DNA of 63,956 nucleotides, filler included, from Hyphochytrium catenoides (GCA_900088475.1; 15 parts of 15 records of this genome joined end to end with filler, not necessarily neighbours in it); one strand, 5' to 3'. Positions 1-12,966 are shown, counted from the whole stretch's first letter. The notes: generated by a model from the letters alone, not told the origin. A program made the numbers and translations.

Positions 1-124
1 TCTCTCTCTCTCTTTCTCTCTCTCTTCTCTCTCTCGCTCGCTCGCTCGCTCTTTTTCTTTACTAGTCTCTGTGCTGCCGTCTCAGCGTGTGCCTCACCCT
101 AAACAATCGGCGTTAATGGCACAG

Positions 125-638
125 GTGGCGGTCCACAGAGGCGATGGGCAACACGAGCCTGGACTGGACAGCAGCGTTGAAGGTACCAGTGCCACCTCCT
201 GCCATCACCACTCTTCTCTCTTTCTCTCGCTCGCGGTGTTTGCTCTCTGTCACTGTCTCACTCTTTGTTCCCTTCTAGTTATTACTGTTCCCCTCTTTTA
301 CTCCCTTCCTCTATGTCCATGTGTCCCGCTATCATCATCTCTCTAGACACACACTCTCTCTCCTTCTTCTCTCTCTCTCTCTCTTGTCTCTCTCCCTTGT
401 CTCTCTCTCTCTATTTCAGTCCAAGCAGGCTGTTCTGCTGTTAGAGTTCAAGGGCGAAGGGAAGTACGCGCTGCAGCTGCTGGATCCTTCTTCCTCTGCG
501 GACATCACATCGAACTTCAAACACCTCGTCGCCTCTGAGGGGGAATATAGACTAGAGGAAGAGAGACTCAAGATCGCTGGTAAGCCAAGGTCATCACGAC
601 AAAGAGAAGGAAAAGAAAGGGAGGGAGGAGAGGGATGG

Positions 639-671
<33 letters not shown>

Positions 672-1235
672 CAGAGAGACGGACGAACAGACATACTACG
701 AGAGATAGGAAAAACAGTGTCTGAAGCCCATGGATAGCAGAGATGCAAGGCACCTACAGAGTCAGCGAGGGAGCGACAGCGAGAGGCAGAGAAGGGATCG
801 GAGGGCGTCGCGGGACAGAGAGTGACTGAGAGAGAGAAGGAAATGTGCTAATCGCCTTCTTCCCTGCGGCTTGCCTTCCTAGGCGATAACTCTGGCCTTG
901 AGTGGCACTGGTCACGGGATGATGAGAACACTCTTATGATTAGGTCTCTCTCTCTCTCTGCCCGTCTCTCTGTTTCTCTCTGCCTCCCTCCTCTCTCTCT
1001 CTGTTTTGTTCGTTCTTCCTCATGGCCCTCGCTTCAAACTCGGAGGACTCTTCTTGGCGCCGCTCATCCCCGTTTTCCTCTTTGTCCTTCACTTCCTCTC
1101 TGTTGCTCTGACAGCTCTCTAATATGTCTTTCCGATATTTTGTCTTGTCTTCTCTTGCTCAGGATTGTTGGTGCTCGGCGGTGGGGCCGCTGCAAGGGTG
1201 TCGATGTCCTCTACTTTGAGAGAGACAGAGAGTGA
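125..1235 (+). CDS. Hypothetical protein, 3' exons (5' partial)
   Basis: Phase-compatible GT-AG exons 125-182, 420-579, 883-943, 1163-1235 give WRSTEAMGNTSLDWTAALK|SKQAVLLLEFKGEGKYALQLL...RLKIAG|DNSGLEWHWSRDDENTLMIR|IVGARRWGRCKGVDVLYFERDRE*. CTAAT branch-like motifs precede two of the acceptors. Confidence 0.65.
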
Positions 1236-2039
1236 ACCAATGGCTGCTGCACAGTTCCATGATAGGACGAACAAAGACGGCTGACAAGAGAGATCAAAAA
1301 GAGAGCGAAAGAAGAGTAAAAAAGAGCGAGAGAGACCGAGAGAGAAAGAGCAAGAGAGGGAGAAAGAGAGAGAAAGAGAGAGAGAAAAGGAAAGAGAGAG
1401 AGAAAAGCAAAGAGCGAGAACGAGGCTCTGCTGGATGGACCAAGGATTTTGAGAAAGTAGAGGACCTAAGTCCCTAAAGAGAAAATGAAAANNNNNNNNN
1501 NNNNNNNNNNNNNNNNNNNNGAGAGAGAGAGAGAGAGAGAGAGAGTAGTGGCTGAAGTCTTTGACGCCGGTAAGGGGATAATAAGAGGATGAGCTATGCC
1601 CGCTCACTTCCTTCCTTTATCTTTATAATAAAAAGGTAACAATTTTGTGGAGAACCACGCCTTCTCTCTTCTCTTGAAGCACCTTTGTTGTCTCTCTTTC
1701 TCTGCGTCTTCTATGGGAAACTCTATAATTAGATACCGCGACTGCCGCTCCTAGGCAAGCGGCCACATGAGCACACACAATAACCATTGCTAGAAGCGAT
1801 AGAAAGAAGGGAGAGAGAGAGACATGCGCACCTCTCTCTCCTCTCTCTGATACGTAAAGCAACAGAACCACGGACAAACAAACAAGCCAGACATGGGAAG
1901 ACAGAGGAATAACACCACTATGGCGACCTAGAAACAAAGAAAGAAGAAAGAGAGAGAGACTACCCCGTGAGTCTCCTCTCTTTCTCTCTCTCCCTCTCCA
2001 AGACGACAACCCCTTCCCCATCTCCTCCTCCTCCTCTGG

Positions 2040-3722
2040 TCACATAAGAGCCATCGCCTTCTCATTGTAGAAGTCCTTTGGCCTCTCAGCTATGCCTGGC
2101 GGTGTGTCCGAACGGTAGCGGCTAGCGCTCTCTCTCGCCCGCGGTGGCGCACTTGAAGTACGTCGGAGCATCATCTGCGGCGACTCTGTCTCGTCAAAGT
2201 CATCCACACAGAAGACGTCAGAGTTCCTATCGAAGGCGGCTGGCTCTAGGCTCGCTGGCTCTAGGCTCGACGCCTCTGTAACCGGGGTTAATATGCCTGT
2301 CTTTGTGGCCTTGAGGACGCGAGACTGACTTACATGGTACCCGCTGACGTCCGGAGGAGGCTGTGGACCGCGGGGCTCAGCATCCCACCCATAGGCAGGC
2401 GGAGGAGGAGGAGGAGGAGGAGCCTGGGGTCGTGGAGGTTCAAACCGATAGCTATCTACTGTTTGCGGGGCAGGGGCTGGCCATTCTCCCTCTCTACTGA
2501 TCGAGCGCGGCACCTGACGGCTGCCAACGCCACTGAGAGGTTTTTGAAGATCTCTGGCAGAGCGAGCGGCTTGGAGGTCTCTTGCAGACGACGGCGCAGA
2601 GCGCTGTTGGCCCTGCGGCTGCTGCTGTCCAGGGTAGCTCTGCAGCAAAGGCTCTCGCTGCTGATGATCCCGGCTGGCAAGCTGACGACTGTCTTTCCGG
2701 GAAACTGTTGATGAGAGAGGAGAGAGAGCGTGATGCTCTCCGCGACCTCCTCCCCCGGCATAATAGTTAGAGCTCTCAGTTGTGGGGTTGGCTCCGCGGC
2801 GGGGCACGTTATTCCCTTGCGGAGTAACATCAGCGTTGGTCAGGTTATAGTTGATGTACGCTCGAGTCATCTCTATGTCCTCTGCCCCTTCTTCTCTTCC
2901 CCCCGCTACCGTCGCTCCTGCGCCTCCTCCTGCCTGCATAGGGTTAGGGATCGCCGGCACCCGCCCTGGAGGTGTCACGTAAGGTCCTTCCACTGGTCCC
3001 TTGGGTGTCTTGAGGTCTTTAGACCTGATAAATAGTGCAGGTAGAGCTTTCTTATCAAGATGGCTCGGTGGCAATCCGCGTTGTGTCCGCGCCGCTCTCT
3101 CTCGCATGTGTCTTACGGAGGACACAACGAAGAACAGCGTGATAAATGCCACCGCCACTGTGATAGATAGGCAAAGCAGCAGGATCGTATCGTCTGACAT
3201 CCCATGGTCCTGCATGAAGAGAAGAGGAGGCAAGGGACAGGGAGACAAAATAGAGGTGCGCACGCAGAAGATAGGGAAACGGAGCAAGAAAGAGACGGTG
3301 ATGCGCGGAGAACAAGACGCGAGGTGATCGGGGGGCAGAGTGGAAGGTACGGGAAGACAGGGGAGAGGGAATAGAAGAGAACCAAGGTGAGTGTCGCAGA
3401 CGATAAGCAGAGGAAGCGCAGTGATTAGACGCTCTTTACCCGTAAGATTATACCCTTACAGAACCCCAAGCCCACGCAGCTGAAGCTGGACAGCACTTAC
3501 CACATAGATCAACGGGGCTCCCTTGTTATCGCTACCAGATACAGGTGGTGCTGCGGGACTTGCAGACGGGGTGCGGCTTGCTGGCGGAGCAGGTGTTGCC
3601 ACAGGTGCAATAGTTGTTGGTGTCCCCACAGACGGCTGTGCACCTGGAGCTTGGGTCGAACTACCAGGTGGTTTGGTAACTACGGGCGTGCCCATAGACA
3701 CCCCATCATCTCCGGACTGCAT
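2040..3722 (-). CDS. Single-pass membrane protein with Pro/Thr-rich N-terminus and Pro/Gln-rich disordered tail
   Basis: Exon 3722-3501 ends ...IYV|GTAAG; acceptor CAG before 3209 (DHGMSDD...) is in phase 0. Hydrophobic segment ILLLCLSITVAVAFITLFFVVSSV, then a microsatellite-free ORF to TGA at 2040. A 15-nt micro-exon near 3440-3455 is possible. Confidence 0.65.
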
Positions 3723-5547
3723 GGCTCAAAGGTGGAAATGTGGGGCCAGACCCACGGACTAATAGAGTGGAAGAGCAACCGAAAGAGGCACACCTCTCTT
3801 TGCGGTGCTATAGAAGCAAGCAGCGCCTAGCCTTTTTGAGCTCACTAGGTGTCCAAGGTATCCATTGTTGGCAAGAGAACCGTCAGCCAGTGGCTTCAAA
3901 GTCTTGAAATCCACAATCTCTCAAACAATAAACTGAGATCTACGAGCCCTGTAGATGCGATACAATAAACCCTTGTAACTTCACTTCCAAAAGCAACCCC
4001 AGAGACTGAAGTCTATTCTGCTTCAATAGAGCTACCTCCTTTGCCAATGTAAGCTCTACTGAAGAAGGTAATGGGGAAGGCTCAGCTAGAGAAAGCTTCA
4101 GAATGTGTCAGAGACTTCCAGAGACAAGCGCCGCTGGGTGGCCGGCGGGCCGACGACAGCGCCGCCACTTTGGACCGTACCTCCCTCCCAAACCCAGCCA
4201 AATATACAGACCACACAGTAAATGACGGGCTTAAGCTTTGGGAGGGCCCACCCATCCCTGTCCCACCTGTGCCTTTCTTATCCTTTCACTTTGATGACCT
4301 CGTTGCTCTGGCTCGAAATTTTCCAACCTTTGCAGCTGCCTCCCACCCAGCTGGTCCAGGGTCAAACTCATGATGGTTTTCCAAACTCACAATTGCTATT
4401 GATTCTATATAATCTATGTCAAACACAAAGGATCCTGAGAAACACACACACCACAGGCTCCCTTGTGATCGACCTTCTGCTGCTTTTGTGAGGGTGGGTG
4501 GGCTCTCGGTAATGAGGTAAACATGGGTTTGTCTTTGGGTGGGTGGAAACACTTTCTCCAACTTGGATATACCTAGAGATAATACTAAAGTACGGAGTAC
4601 TCCGTAAGAAAAAGAGCTTCCCGCCAACAAAACTATGTGTTACTGTAGGTGGTAATCAGACTGACCCATGGGTATCCAAGTTGCCTGGGTCTGATTTTGG
4701 AGGTTGGGTGGGGACGTAAGTCCAAACAACTCCGAGAAGTGACCCATCCCGGTCAAGAATTAGGCGGCGTGGGTGGGTGGGACATCGTGGCGGTCTCAAA
4801 CCAGCTCTCAAACCCTGGTCCTTCAGACCTCCTCCAGGAATTTACTCAGATCTCCCCCTGGTGTTTGTGAAGTTGTTGTGAAGCTGAAAGGTTTTCGTCT
4901 GGAAAGATTTTTGTTCCACTTCTGAAGCTTTTATGAAGCTTTTTATTGGCGCATTTGTGCAGGCACAGGAGGGCGTCGAGGATTGAGTCTCCTGATGTTC
5001 GACTCCTATGAGACATAGCTTGTTGGGCCTGAGGCCAATCAACGAGGATATGCGCCTCCAGTCAATACTCGGCTATCGCCCTGGCGTCTGAGGTGACATG
5101 CTCAGAGTAGAACTACTTGTTGGTCCGCTGTGGCGAAAGTGAGGGCACCATCCTGCACCAGAGGCCATCTATCCCTGTCGGTTCTGTCTATGACGGAAGA
5201 ATTGCGTGAGGAAGAGTGCCAGCTGGCTTGAGATCGGACGAGCATTTCTTCGATGATTTCCAACCCTTCTCGTCGTCTTCAAAGCCATGTCATCGGTAAA
5301 GGCCTCCTGCGTCCCAGTCGACGTCCTTACTCACCATAGAGCTACACAGCCATGAACAATAGCGGCTGGTGAGGCCAACAGGGACTGCCTTGAAAGTCAA
5401 GAGAGTTAGCTCGAAGCTCAAAGGTGACGGCAGGAAAGCAAAGAGAGGAAGAGACACAGGGAGCCTTTCGCATCCGCACTTCTTTCTCTTCGTGGTGGCT
5501 TTACGAGCTTACGTTTGTCCCTGCAGGCTGCCTTTTCATCTGCCTTG

Positions 5548-7173
5548 TCATCTCTCTTGCTCTCCATTCCTGCCTCTCTTCTCCTCCCGAGGAGGCAGAG
5601 ATCTAAGCATCAACGCCCTCAAAGCCGCAAATCCTGTTGTTACCCTGTGCTCCAGCATCCGAAGATCGTCTCTCAGCTCCTCCAGTTGTTCTGAATTCTT
5701 CCTTACGTCTTCTCTTATCTTCTGCAGCTCTTCTGCGTGCCTCAGCACTGACCTCTGTGTCTTCTTGGACTTTACCTCCATCGAGGCCGCGACTTGGCGG
5801 AACTCTTCCACGCTTTCTCTCGTCTTTCTCTCTATCTTCTGAACGCTCCCAGTGTTCTCCTTAATAGCCGCCTTGGCTCTCTTTATGTCCTCCGAGTTCC
5901 AGCGAACCGACGTCTCCAACTCTTCTTGTCTGTCCTGCAAAAAGAGAAGAGGGTCTGACGATGGATTTTCTCCGCCTCTCTCTCTTCGTTGATGATGTCT
6001 CTGGATAGCAGGAGGGAGAGAAGAAGAAGAGGATAATGGCTCCTTATGCGAGAGAGAGGCGGCTGACGGAGGGAAACCGTCTTCTTCTCCCCCTTTCCCG
6101 TTAGAGAGCGGCTCTGTTATGGGCCTTTTCTTCTTCTGAAACGTCTTGGTGGTGGCTAGAGGCGTGAGGAGAGAGGGAGAAGTATGAGAGAGAGAAACGT
6201 GCCCTCTATGAGGTGCCTTTCTCTTGGTATAAGAAGAGAGAGGACGGGAAGAGTCATCGCTTCCGCTGAAGCTGAAGGCGGAGAGAGGGCTGGGTAGGAC
6301 GGCTTTCTCTCCTAAATCGAGAGAAGGGACGTAAGATTCATCACTGAGGTCTTCTTCCTCTTCTCTCTCCTCGTCGTCCTCTTCCTCCTGTTCTTCTCTC
6401 TTCCGCTTTTCTTGTTGCCGTGCTTCTCTTGTTTGCTCTCTCTCTCTCCTCTTGCCTCTCCCTCCTCCTCCGTCTGTCTCTCTGGCATCTCTTCTCTCCT
6501 TACCATCTCCTCCTCTTTCCCTCCGCCCCGACTCTTTCTTTCTCTCTTCTCCATCTTCTCTTTCTTCTCCCCCAGTCTCTCCTCCTTCGTCTCTACCCGA
6601 GATGCGCAGAGCCTTCAATCTTCCTCCTAGCTTCTTTGCCCTCTGCACTCTTCTGGCCATCGATGGCTGAGTCTTTGCCCCCGAAGAGTAATAGAGAGAT
6701 TCAAACTTCTGTCTAAGCGCCTCAGGAGTCCTAAGAACTCTTCTCTCTTTCTCTGCGAGAGTGTTCCATCTCTCTCCTACTTTGACCCATTCGGGGAGAG
6801 AGAGAGGGAGGAGCTCTTCTACCAGATCGAGAAGAGTGTCAACGCAAGCGTGAGAGTAGTTCTTGACGCCTTTAGGACGGCCAACAGCGGGCGGTGGAGC
6901 GCTATCGGGCCGCTGTCGCTTCTTTGGAATCCGCTTCTTTCTCTCAGTGGCCAGTATCTCTTCTTCCTTCTGCGCTGGTCCTCCGGGGTGGCTTCTCTCT
7001 GTCTCTCTCTCGCCACCATTTGCCGTGGTGTCTTCTCTCTCTTCTCCTCTTTCAGAAGTGCCTGCTTCCTTCTCTTCTATGGCCCGGTTGAGCCGTGTGT
7101 CTACCTCTTCTTCGTTCGCCTCTTGTTCCAGGACCTCCGGCTCCCTGCCGCTTGATGCCATTTTCTCTCTCAC
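5548..7173 (-). CDS. DUF6818 (Myb/SANT-like) domain protein with charged linker and C-terminal coiled coil
   Basis: 541-aa open frame containing GRPKGVKNYS..VDTLLDLVEELLPLSLPEWVKVGERWN...RTPEALRQKFESLY...RVQRAKKL, the DUF6818 pattern as I recall it. The C-terminus is heptad-like. First ATG is ~7161. Confidence 0.7.
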   Translation of the reverse strand: MREKMASSGREPEVLEQEANEEEVDTRLNRAIEEKEAGTSERGEEREDTTANGGERETERSHPGGPAQKEEEILATERKKRIPKKRQRPDSAPPPAVGRPKGVKNYSHACVDTLLDLVEELLPLSLPEWVKVGERWNTLAEKERRVLRTPEALRQKFESLYYSSGAKTQPSMARRVQRAKKLGGRLKALRISGRDEGGETGGEEREDGEERKKESGRRERGGDGKERRDARETDGGGGRGKRREREQTREARQQEKRKREEQEEEDDEEREEEEDLSDESYVPSLDLGEKAVLPSPLSAFSFSGSDDSSRPLSSYTKRKAPHRGHVSLSHTSPSLLTPLATTKTFQKKKRPITEPLSNGKGGEEDGFPPSAASLSHKEPLSSSSSLPPAIQRHHQRRERGGENPSSDPLLFLQDRQEELETSVRWNSEDIKRAKAAIKENTGSVQKIERKTRESVEEFRQVAASMEVKSKKTQRSVLRHAEELQKIREDVRKNSEQLEELRDDLRMLEHRVTTGFAALRALMLRSLPPREEKRGRNGEQER

Positions 7174-8300
7174 TCTCTCCCCTTTGTCTCTCCCCTCATG
7201 CCTGCGCTCTTCCTGCCTCGTCTGCCTTTCAGAGCATCGCCAAGCTTGCCGACTAAAGGACGCCCCGGCCGGATTAAGGCTCTCTCCTCTTCATTCTTTT
7301 GGGCCCTTCTCATTCGGGCATGCGACCGCAAGTGTATGGCAGCAGTACAGGAAGAAGCAGAGGAAGAAGAGCGCAAGTGTACCACGACAGACGTCAGAAC
7401 CGGAATGGGAACAGAGAGAGAACCAGAGATGGAGAGAGAGAGAGAGAGGGAGAGGGAGAGAGAGGNNNNNNNNNNNNNNNNGAGAGAGAGAGAGAGAGAA
7501 GAGAGAAGAGAGAGAAGAGAGGTGGTGCAGAGAGAGAGAGAAAAAGAAGCTTCACCGCAGCTCCAGCTCCAGGGGAAGCTCTGGGGTCCCAGCAAAAGGA
7601 CACCGCAGCAGCAGCAGCTAAACGAAACGGGAAAGAAAGACAGACTACTGATGAGATGTACAAATTGTAGCGCATTCGCTAAAGGGCGGTCAAGACAGAG
7701 CCTCTGAAAGATATGCGGGTGGGGGTGTGAAGAAGGCCTGGAGTGGACGAGGAGACAGAAAAACTCTCAGAACAAAAATTGCCCGTCCAGCTTTTTGGAC
7801 GATCCCAAGCACCTCAGAAGAAAGAGCTCTCTCTCTCTCTCTCNNNNNNCTCTCTCTCTCTCCCCGTCTCTCTCTCTCTGGCTGGGTTGTCTGTTTCACT
7901 CTCTTTCTCTCTCTCTCTGTACATCAGCCGCTGCAGCTGACCTGCCTTATTGAAGAAGTGAACTCGTCATCTTGCGGTAGTTCTGCTTATCCGCAGGTCT
8001 CTCTTCTTCTCGCTCTCTCTCTCTCATTCTGCCTCTCTCTCTCTCTGCCTCTTTATCTTCCTCTCCTCCCTCCCTCTTGCAGTTCTCTCTCTCCCACAGA
8101 TCTACGAGAACATCTCAATAGAGGAAATGTAATCCCATCAGTCACAATAATCGCACCGGAACCCTTCTCCTCTCTCCCTCCCTTCCCATGTCTCTGTCTC
8201 CCTCTGTCTCTCCGCCACACCGCTTTGGTCTCCTCTTCTGCTGCGTCACTATGTCACAGTCATAAGGCTCGCCCATCATCATTATATCTCTCTCTTTCTT

Positions 8301-8352
<52 letters not shown>

Positions 8353-8759
8353 TTCTCTATCCTATCTTTCTCTCCGCCGCTATCTCACTCACATCTGGGT
8401 CTGCTTCGAACAGAAGAAAGCTTCGTCTCTTCATCTGCAATCTTTTTCCTCTGGCGCCTAAACTTTGACAGAGGACCTGCAATCTCTCTCTCTCTTCCTG
8501 ATCGTCTCTCCTCTCCACCAGTGCCTTTGATTGACTTCTCAGTCACCTCTTCCGCTCTTCTTTCGCTCGCGCCTCTCTCTCTCTCTTCTTCTTTTTCTCT
8601 TCTCTCGATTCTTTGTAGTCTCTGGTCTCATGAGCGGACCACTTGATCTCTCTTTCTGTCTCTCTCGCTACGTCTGTGCTCATTAGTCCTCCTATTCTCT
8701 CTTTTTAGAAGGGAAAACCGACGTCTCCCTTCAGAGATAGTCTCTCTCTCTCTCTCTCT

Positions 8760-8859
8760 NNNNNNNNNNNNNNNNNNNNNNNNNNNNNNNNNNNNNNNNN
8801 NNNTTAATTAATTAANNNNNNNNNNNNNNNNNNNNNNNNNNNNNNNNNNNNNNNNNNNN
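8760..8859. other. Artificial contig spacer N44-TTAATTAATTAA-N44 (first of 14)
   Basis: Identical 12-mer with stops in all six frames, starting at 8804, 10161, 15717, 31896, 33283, 34680, 36303, 37761, 44404, 47365, 52428, 56143, 61515 and 62873, each embedded in N runs. Confidence 0.97.
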
Positions 8860-9085
8860 CTCTCTTTCTCTCTCTTCCTCACTCTTCCTCACTCTTCCTC
8901 TCTCTTTCTCTCTCTTCCTCACTCTCTTTCTCTCTCTCTATCTCCCTGTCTTTCTCTTTGTCTTTCTTGGTCCCTCTTTCAGTTCTCATGTTTAAAAATA
9001 GTTCACTAGTCGTTGTCGGAGAGAAACCATTAACGCTGTCGTCAACAGGCTGAAGTTTGAAGACAGCCAGTGAGAACGAAAGAAA

Positions 9086-9116
<31 letters not shown>

Positions 9117-10047
9117 TATATAAGAGAAAGGAGGAAGAAAGAAGCCCCCAACAAACAAAAGGAAGAAGAGGAAGAACCCAAAGCAGCAGCAAAACGTAAG
9201 GCAGCCATAATATATCCTGGCTGTCGGTCCAGCAGGAAGAGAAACTGATACGCCGGACAGGAAGAGAAAGGCGTCTTGCGACCCAAATGCCGCGAGACGA
9301 AAAGGAGGAGAGAGGGGATGAGAAGCTGCTACTGTCAGACAGAGGGAAGACAGAGAGACAGGAGTCTAGCAGGGGAGAAACCTTGGGGGCGAGTGAGCGG
9401 AAAGTCGCCGCTCTAGAGAGGGAGAGAGAGAGAGAGAGAGACATATCCGATAATACCAAAGTCGTAAGGGGTCGAGGTAGTATAGAACAAGGGACAACCG
9501 GACAAGAGTGAGAGAGAGAGGAGGGAGAAAGAGAAGAGCACGGAGGAGAAGACTGCCAGGAAAGAGGCGAGAGAGAGAGAGCGAGAAGAAAGCGAAGCGA
9601 ACAACAGGAGTGCCAAACGAAAAAACACTGAAAATACACAGAGCGAGAAGGGACGACAAAAAAGGCAGAGAGCACGAGTGAAGAGGGAGAGAGAGGAACG
9701 AAGAGGGCATGAGGAAAAGAGAGAGCAGGAGAGAGAAACAGAGCGAGAAGAGAGAGAGAGAGAGAGAAGAGAGAGAGAGATGCGGAAAGAAGAACAGTCA
9801 TCAGGCAGCGTGCTGCGGGCATGTAAAACCCTCTGTAACGGTCTCCTGGGGGACGTCGGGGAGGCTAACAAGCGCTATTCGAAATCCCTCCTTTGTGCAA
9901 GCAAATATGCAGTGGGTCACCGTTAATGTTTCATCCAAATCCTCATTTTGAATAAAGGTAACGCTTATTTACAATAGGCCTATCTACTGATCAACTGCCA
10001 AGAGGCAACGGTTTCAGGTGTGAAGTCGGATTGAAAGGTTGCAGTAG
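8860..10047 (-). CDS. Probable internal exons of a multi-exon hypothetical gene
   Basis: Short non-repetitive blocks, several bounded by AG/GT between CT tracts, translate as TATFQSDFTPETVASWQLIS, VTFIQNEDLDETLT, RLLASPTSPRRPLQR, TPYDFGIIGY and FLFLLDRQPGYIM. No family recognised. Confidence 0.35.
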
Positions 10048-10081
10048 GTTTCTCTCTCTCTCTCTCTCACTCTCTCCCCCC

Positions 10082-10114
<33 letters not shown>

Positions 10115-10216
10115 TCNNNNNNNNNNNNNNNNNNNNNNNNNNNNNNNNNNNNNNNNNNNNTTAATTAATTAANNNNNNNNNNNNNNNNNNNNNNNNNNNN
10201 NNNNNNNNNNNNNNNN

Positions 10217-10690
10217 AACTGTGAGCCTTTTAGAGCTCTTGTCAGCTTCTGCTCTCAACAGCTACTCTTGACAACGACCATTGTAGCACTGAACACCCTA
10301 TTGGATTTATCCTGAATACTACTGGGTTGTATTCCTAATAGAGAGGATCTGTTCTCTCCTAGTAATACCCATAGTTAACATTAGAGTCCAAATCTTCCTT
10401 CATATCTCTGTTTCTACTTGGAGTTTGTGACTGTAACTTAGACAGTTGGTCTCGTACGTCTTAGTCCTATATAACGAGACTCAGATAGTCCATACTTCAA
10501 CACCTCCCCCGTAGTTCCAAATGTCTGTAGGTAAGAGAAGATTGAGGGGCTCGATTGTGGGAGAGAGGATGATCATACGGTGGGTATGTTGGGTACTATT
10601 CCTAGCTGAGGGAGTAAGGCTTGGAACAGTGGAATCGGTAGTGCCTGGTGAGGATATCAGCGGTCATGTCCTTGGATGGACAGTAGGTGA
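10217..10690 (-). mobile_element. Ty1/Copia 3' end remnant: RNase H C-terminus, PPT and start of 3' LTR
   Basis: Minus strand reads TYCPSKDMTADILT (frameshift) ALPIPLFQALLPQLG at ~10690-10600, the Copia RNase H end. Purine tract GGGGGAGG (10510-10503) is followed directly by TGTTGAAG at 10502. Confidence 0.75.
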
Positions 10691-11043
10691 TGATGAACTT
10701 TACAGAGCTGGGTGGCAATGCCTGAAGCTTCTGTATGAGCACAATTTAGATGAAACGATAACGGAGGGACTGGTATTGATCTATCAATAGCTCTAGGCTT
10801 CGCCTAGGGCTCGCCCGACGTTACTAATGCGTAATCCAGCCTTCGGCTGTATTATTAGTGGAAGATGCTTGAATCACTCCTTTACTTGTAACAGCAGGAG
10901 CTCTTCATTCCTTCTACTACATGTAGAACTAGAACTGAGAACTCGGAGTTCTATCTGTATTTCCTAGGTAGACTCTCTAAAGGATCTCCCTACTCGTTCA
11001 CCCACGCTTCCTACAGCAGCGTAGTGAGTGAGTGCGTGAGTAA

Positions 11044-11073
11044 GGGGCGTTCTTATCGAGAGCCCTTCAGACC
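11044..11073 (+). repeat. Left TIR of Harbinger element
   Basis: 30/30 match to the reverse complement of 14907-14936. Confidence 0.95.
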
Positions 11074-11392
11074 GGTATACCAATTTGGCCGTTAGCGGTA
11101 GACGTTCTGGTCTGGGGGAGTAAAGGGTCGAAGCCCATGCTTATCGACATCAGACCAGTACCAGACCAGTACAGGAGCGGTAACGGGCAGTTTCTCCGTT
11201 TTTCGCGCGCTTTTCAGCCGCGCAGTTTGATGAAACTTCAAAAGAATGCAGTGGTGACTGGTGACATTCTCTCAGCAGTTCTCTAAATCCCTGCTTATTA
11301 AGCTTCTTTCTCGACATTCACAATTCTGCAGAATAATATCGCAAGTTCCTCCTATTACTCCGCTAACTATCATCGGTGTTACGATCTTCATT

Positions 11393-12927
11393 ATGGAGGT
11401 CGAAAGTAGCAGTACTACTAGTCATCAGCCACAAGCGCAGGAAGATACTTCACCACCAGGCCAAGTCCACGGGATGCCTCCGGCAGCAGGCTCTGAGCAA
11501 AGGGAGGCATCAGAAGAGACACTCAGTGGTGATATGGAAAGGACTGGGTCCGCCGACAGGAGCAGCGTCAGGGTTGAGACTGATCATAGTAGCAGCAATG
11601 ACGATGATGATGATAGTAGCAGTCTCCTCGGCCCCCAAACGTCTGTCGTCAATAAGAAGAGCTCTGCTAAGGGAGGCATCAGAAACGACTCCAGTTGAAG
11701 AAAAACCTTGGTACTTCGAGGTAGAAAAAACACTCTTTGGCAAAAAGTTTGACTCTCTTCCGGAAAAGGCAAAAGAGAGAATTCTTCTCCCTAGAACTGC
11801 TATTGGACAGACTAAATTTTCATGATCTCAGGAAAGAGTTCAAGGCGATGGGAGTTCCATACACGGGACTAAAGATTGTAGACCTAAAAGCGAAGCTTTA
11901 CCATCGTCAGGTCAGCGAGATTCTGAAGCCCATGGAAGTTATTAGGGAGAAAATAGCAAAGAGATCGACCAAGGCAGCAGCGGGGTCAGAAAACATATCA
12001 ACAAGGAAAACAAAGAATTGCGCACCTAGACTGATCAACGTAATCTTCAGCGATTCCTTCGCCCACCGGATTAGTAAGATTGGAAACTCAGTAACTCGTG
12101 CTGAGTTGGACGCTGGACAAATCGCAGGAAAGAAGGCATTTTGGGTTGATGTTGAAGAAGCATACAACAATACTGGAGATCTTAACACAAATGGAGCTTT
12201 CGCGAAGCTTTATGTGGACACTCCTGAGGACGAGGCCATGTTTACTGGAGTTGATCCAGGGAAGCTGCCCGTTGTGAAGCATACAGCCGAGAAGCTGTGT
12301 TAAATATGGAAGGAGCTCACTGTGCAGTACAGCAATTGCCTAGCAAAGTTCAAGAAGTCCGGCACTCACGACCATGAATTCTACAACTTCTGTAGTGGAC
12401 GGCTAGACGTCTATTACCTGCACTTGTGGCTCACAAGGAGGCCTAACCACTTGGATTCATTCACTGGGAAGGTGCCTGGGGAAGCATCGTTCTCTACTTT
12501 AGAAGGAGGCGATCACCAAGGCCGGGCAGCTGGCGATAATGGATCAAAGAAGACTAACCCAAAACAGTCCCCCATGCAGAGACAAGTAGTGAGCACTTTC
12601 ACTGAGCTTACAAACACGCTGAAGAGCTTGATAGAGAGGCCTCCTCCTGCTCCGGTGACAGCCGCGAGCCCTACGAACGATGTTCTGATCGAGTTTATGC
12701 GAGCTAAGACCAACTCTATCAAGAGAAAGGCAGACGCGACAACTCATGAAGACCTCGTTCAGCGGTTGGAGTCTTATAACTCTTCTTTGCGGAAGGCGTT
12801 TGAGGCGAGACAAACGGAAGAGGCGAAAGACCAACCGGCTGCTATTGTGATAGATGACATTGATGAGCAGATAAAGCTGCTAAAGAATTTGCGCTCATCA
12901 CTGGTATCGAGACTGCATACCCTCTAG
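11393..12927 (+). pseudogene. Harbinger accessory Myb/SANT(trihelix)-like DNA-binding protein, disrupted
   Basis: Four consecutive ORF pieces joined by two frameshifts (~11670, ~11790) and an in-frame TAA at 12301-12303. Motifs RLINVIFSDSF..TRAELD..FWVDVEEAY..KLC*IWKELTVQY..FKKSGTH..FC.GRLDVYYLHLWL. Confidence 0.75.
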
Positions 12928-12966
12928 GGACTTCAATATCGATAACAGTGTTGATGGCATAAACAG

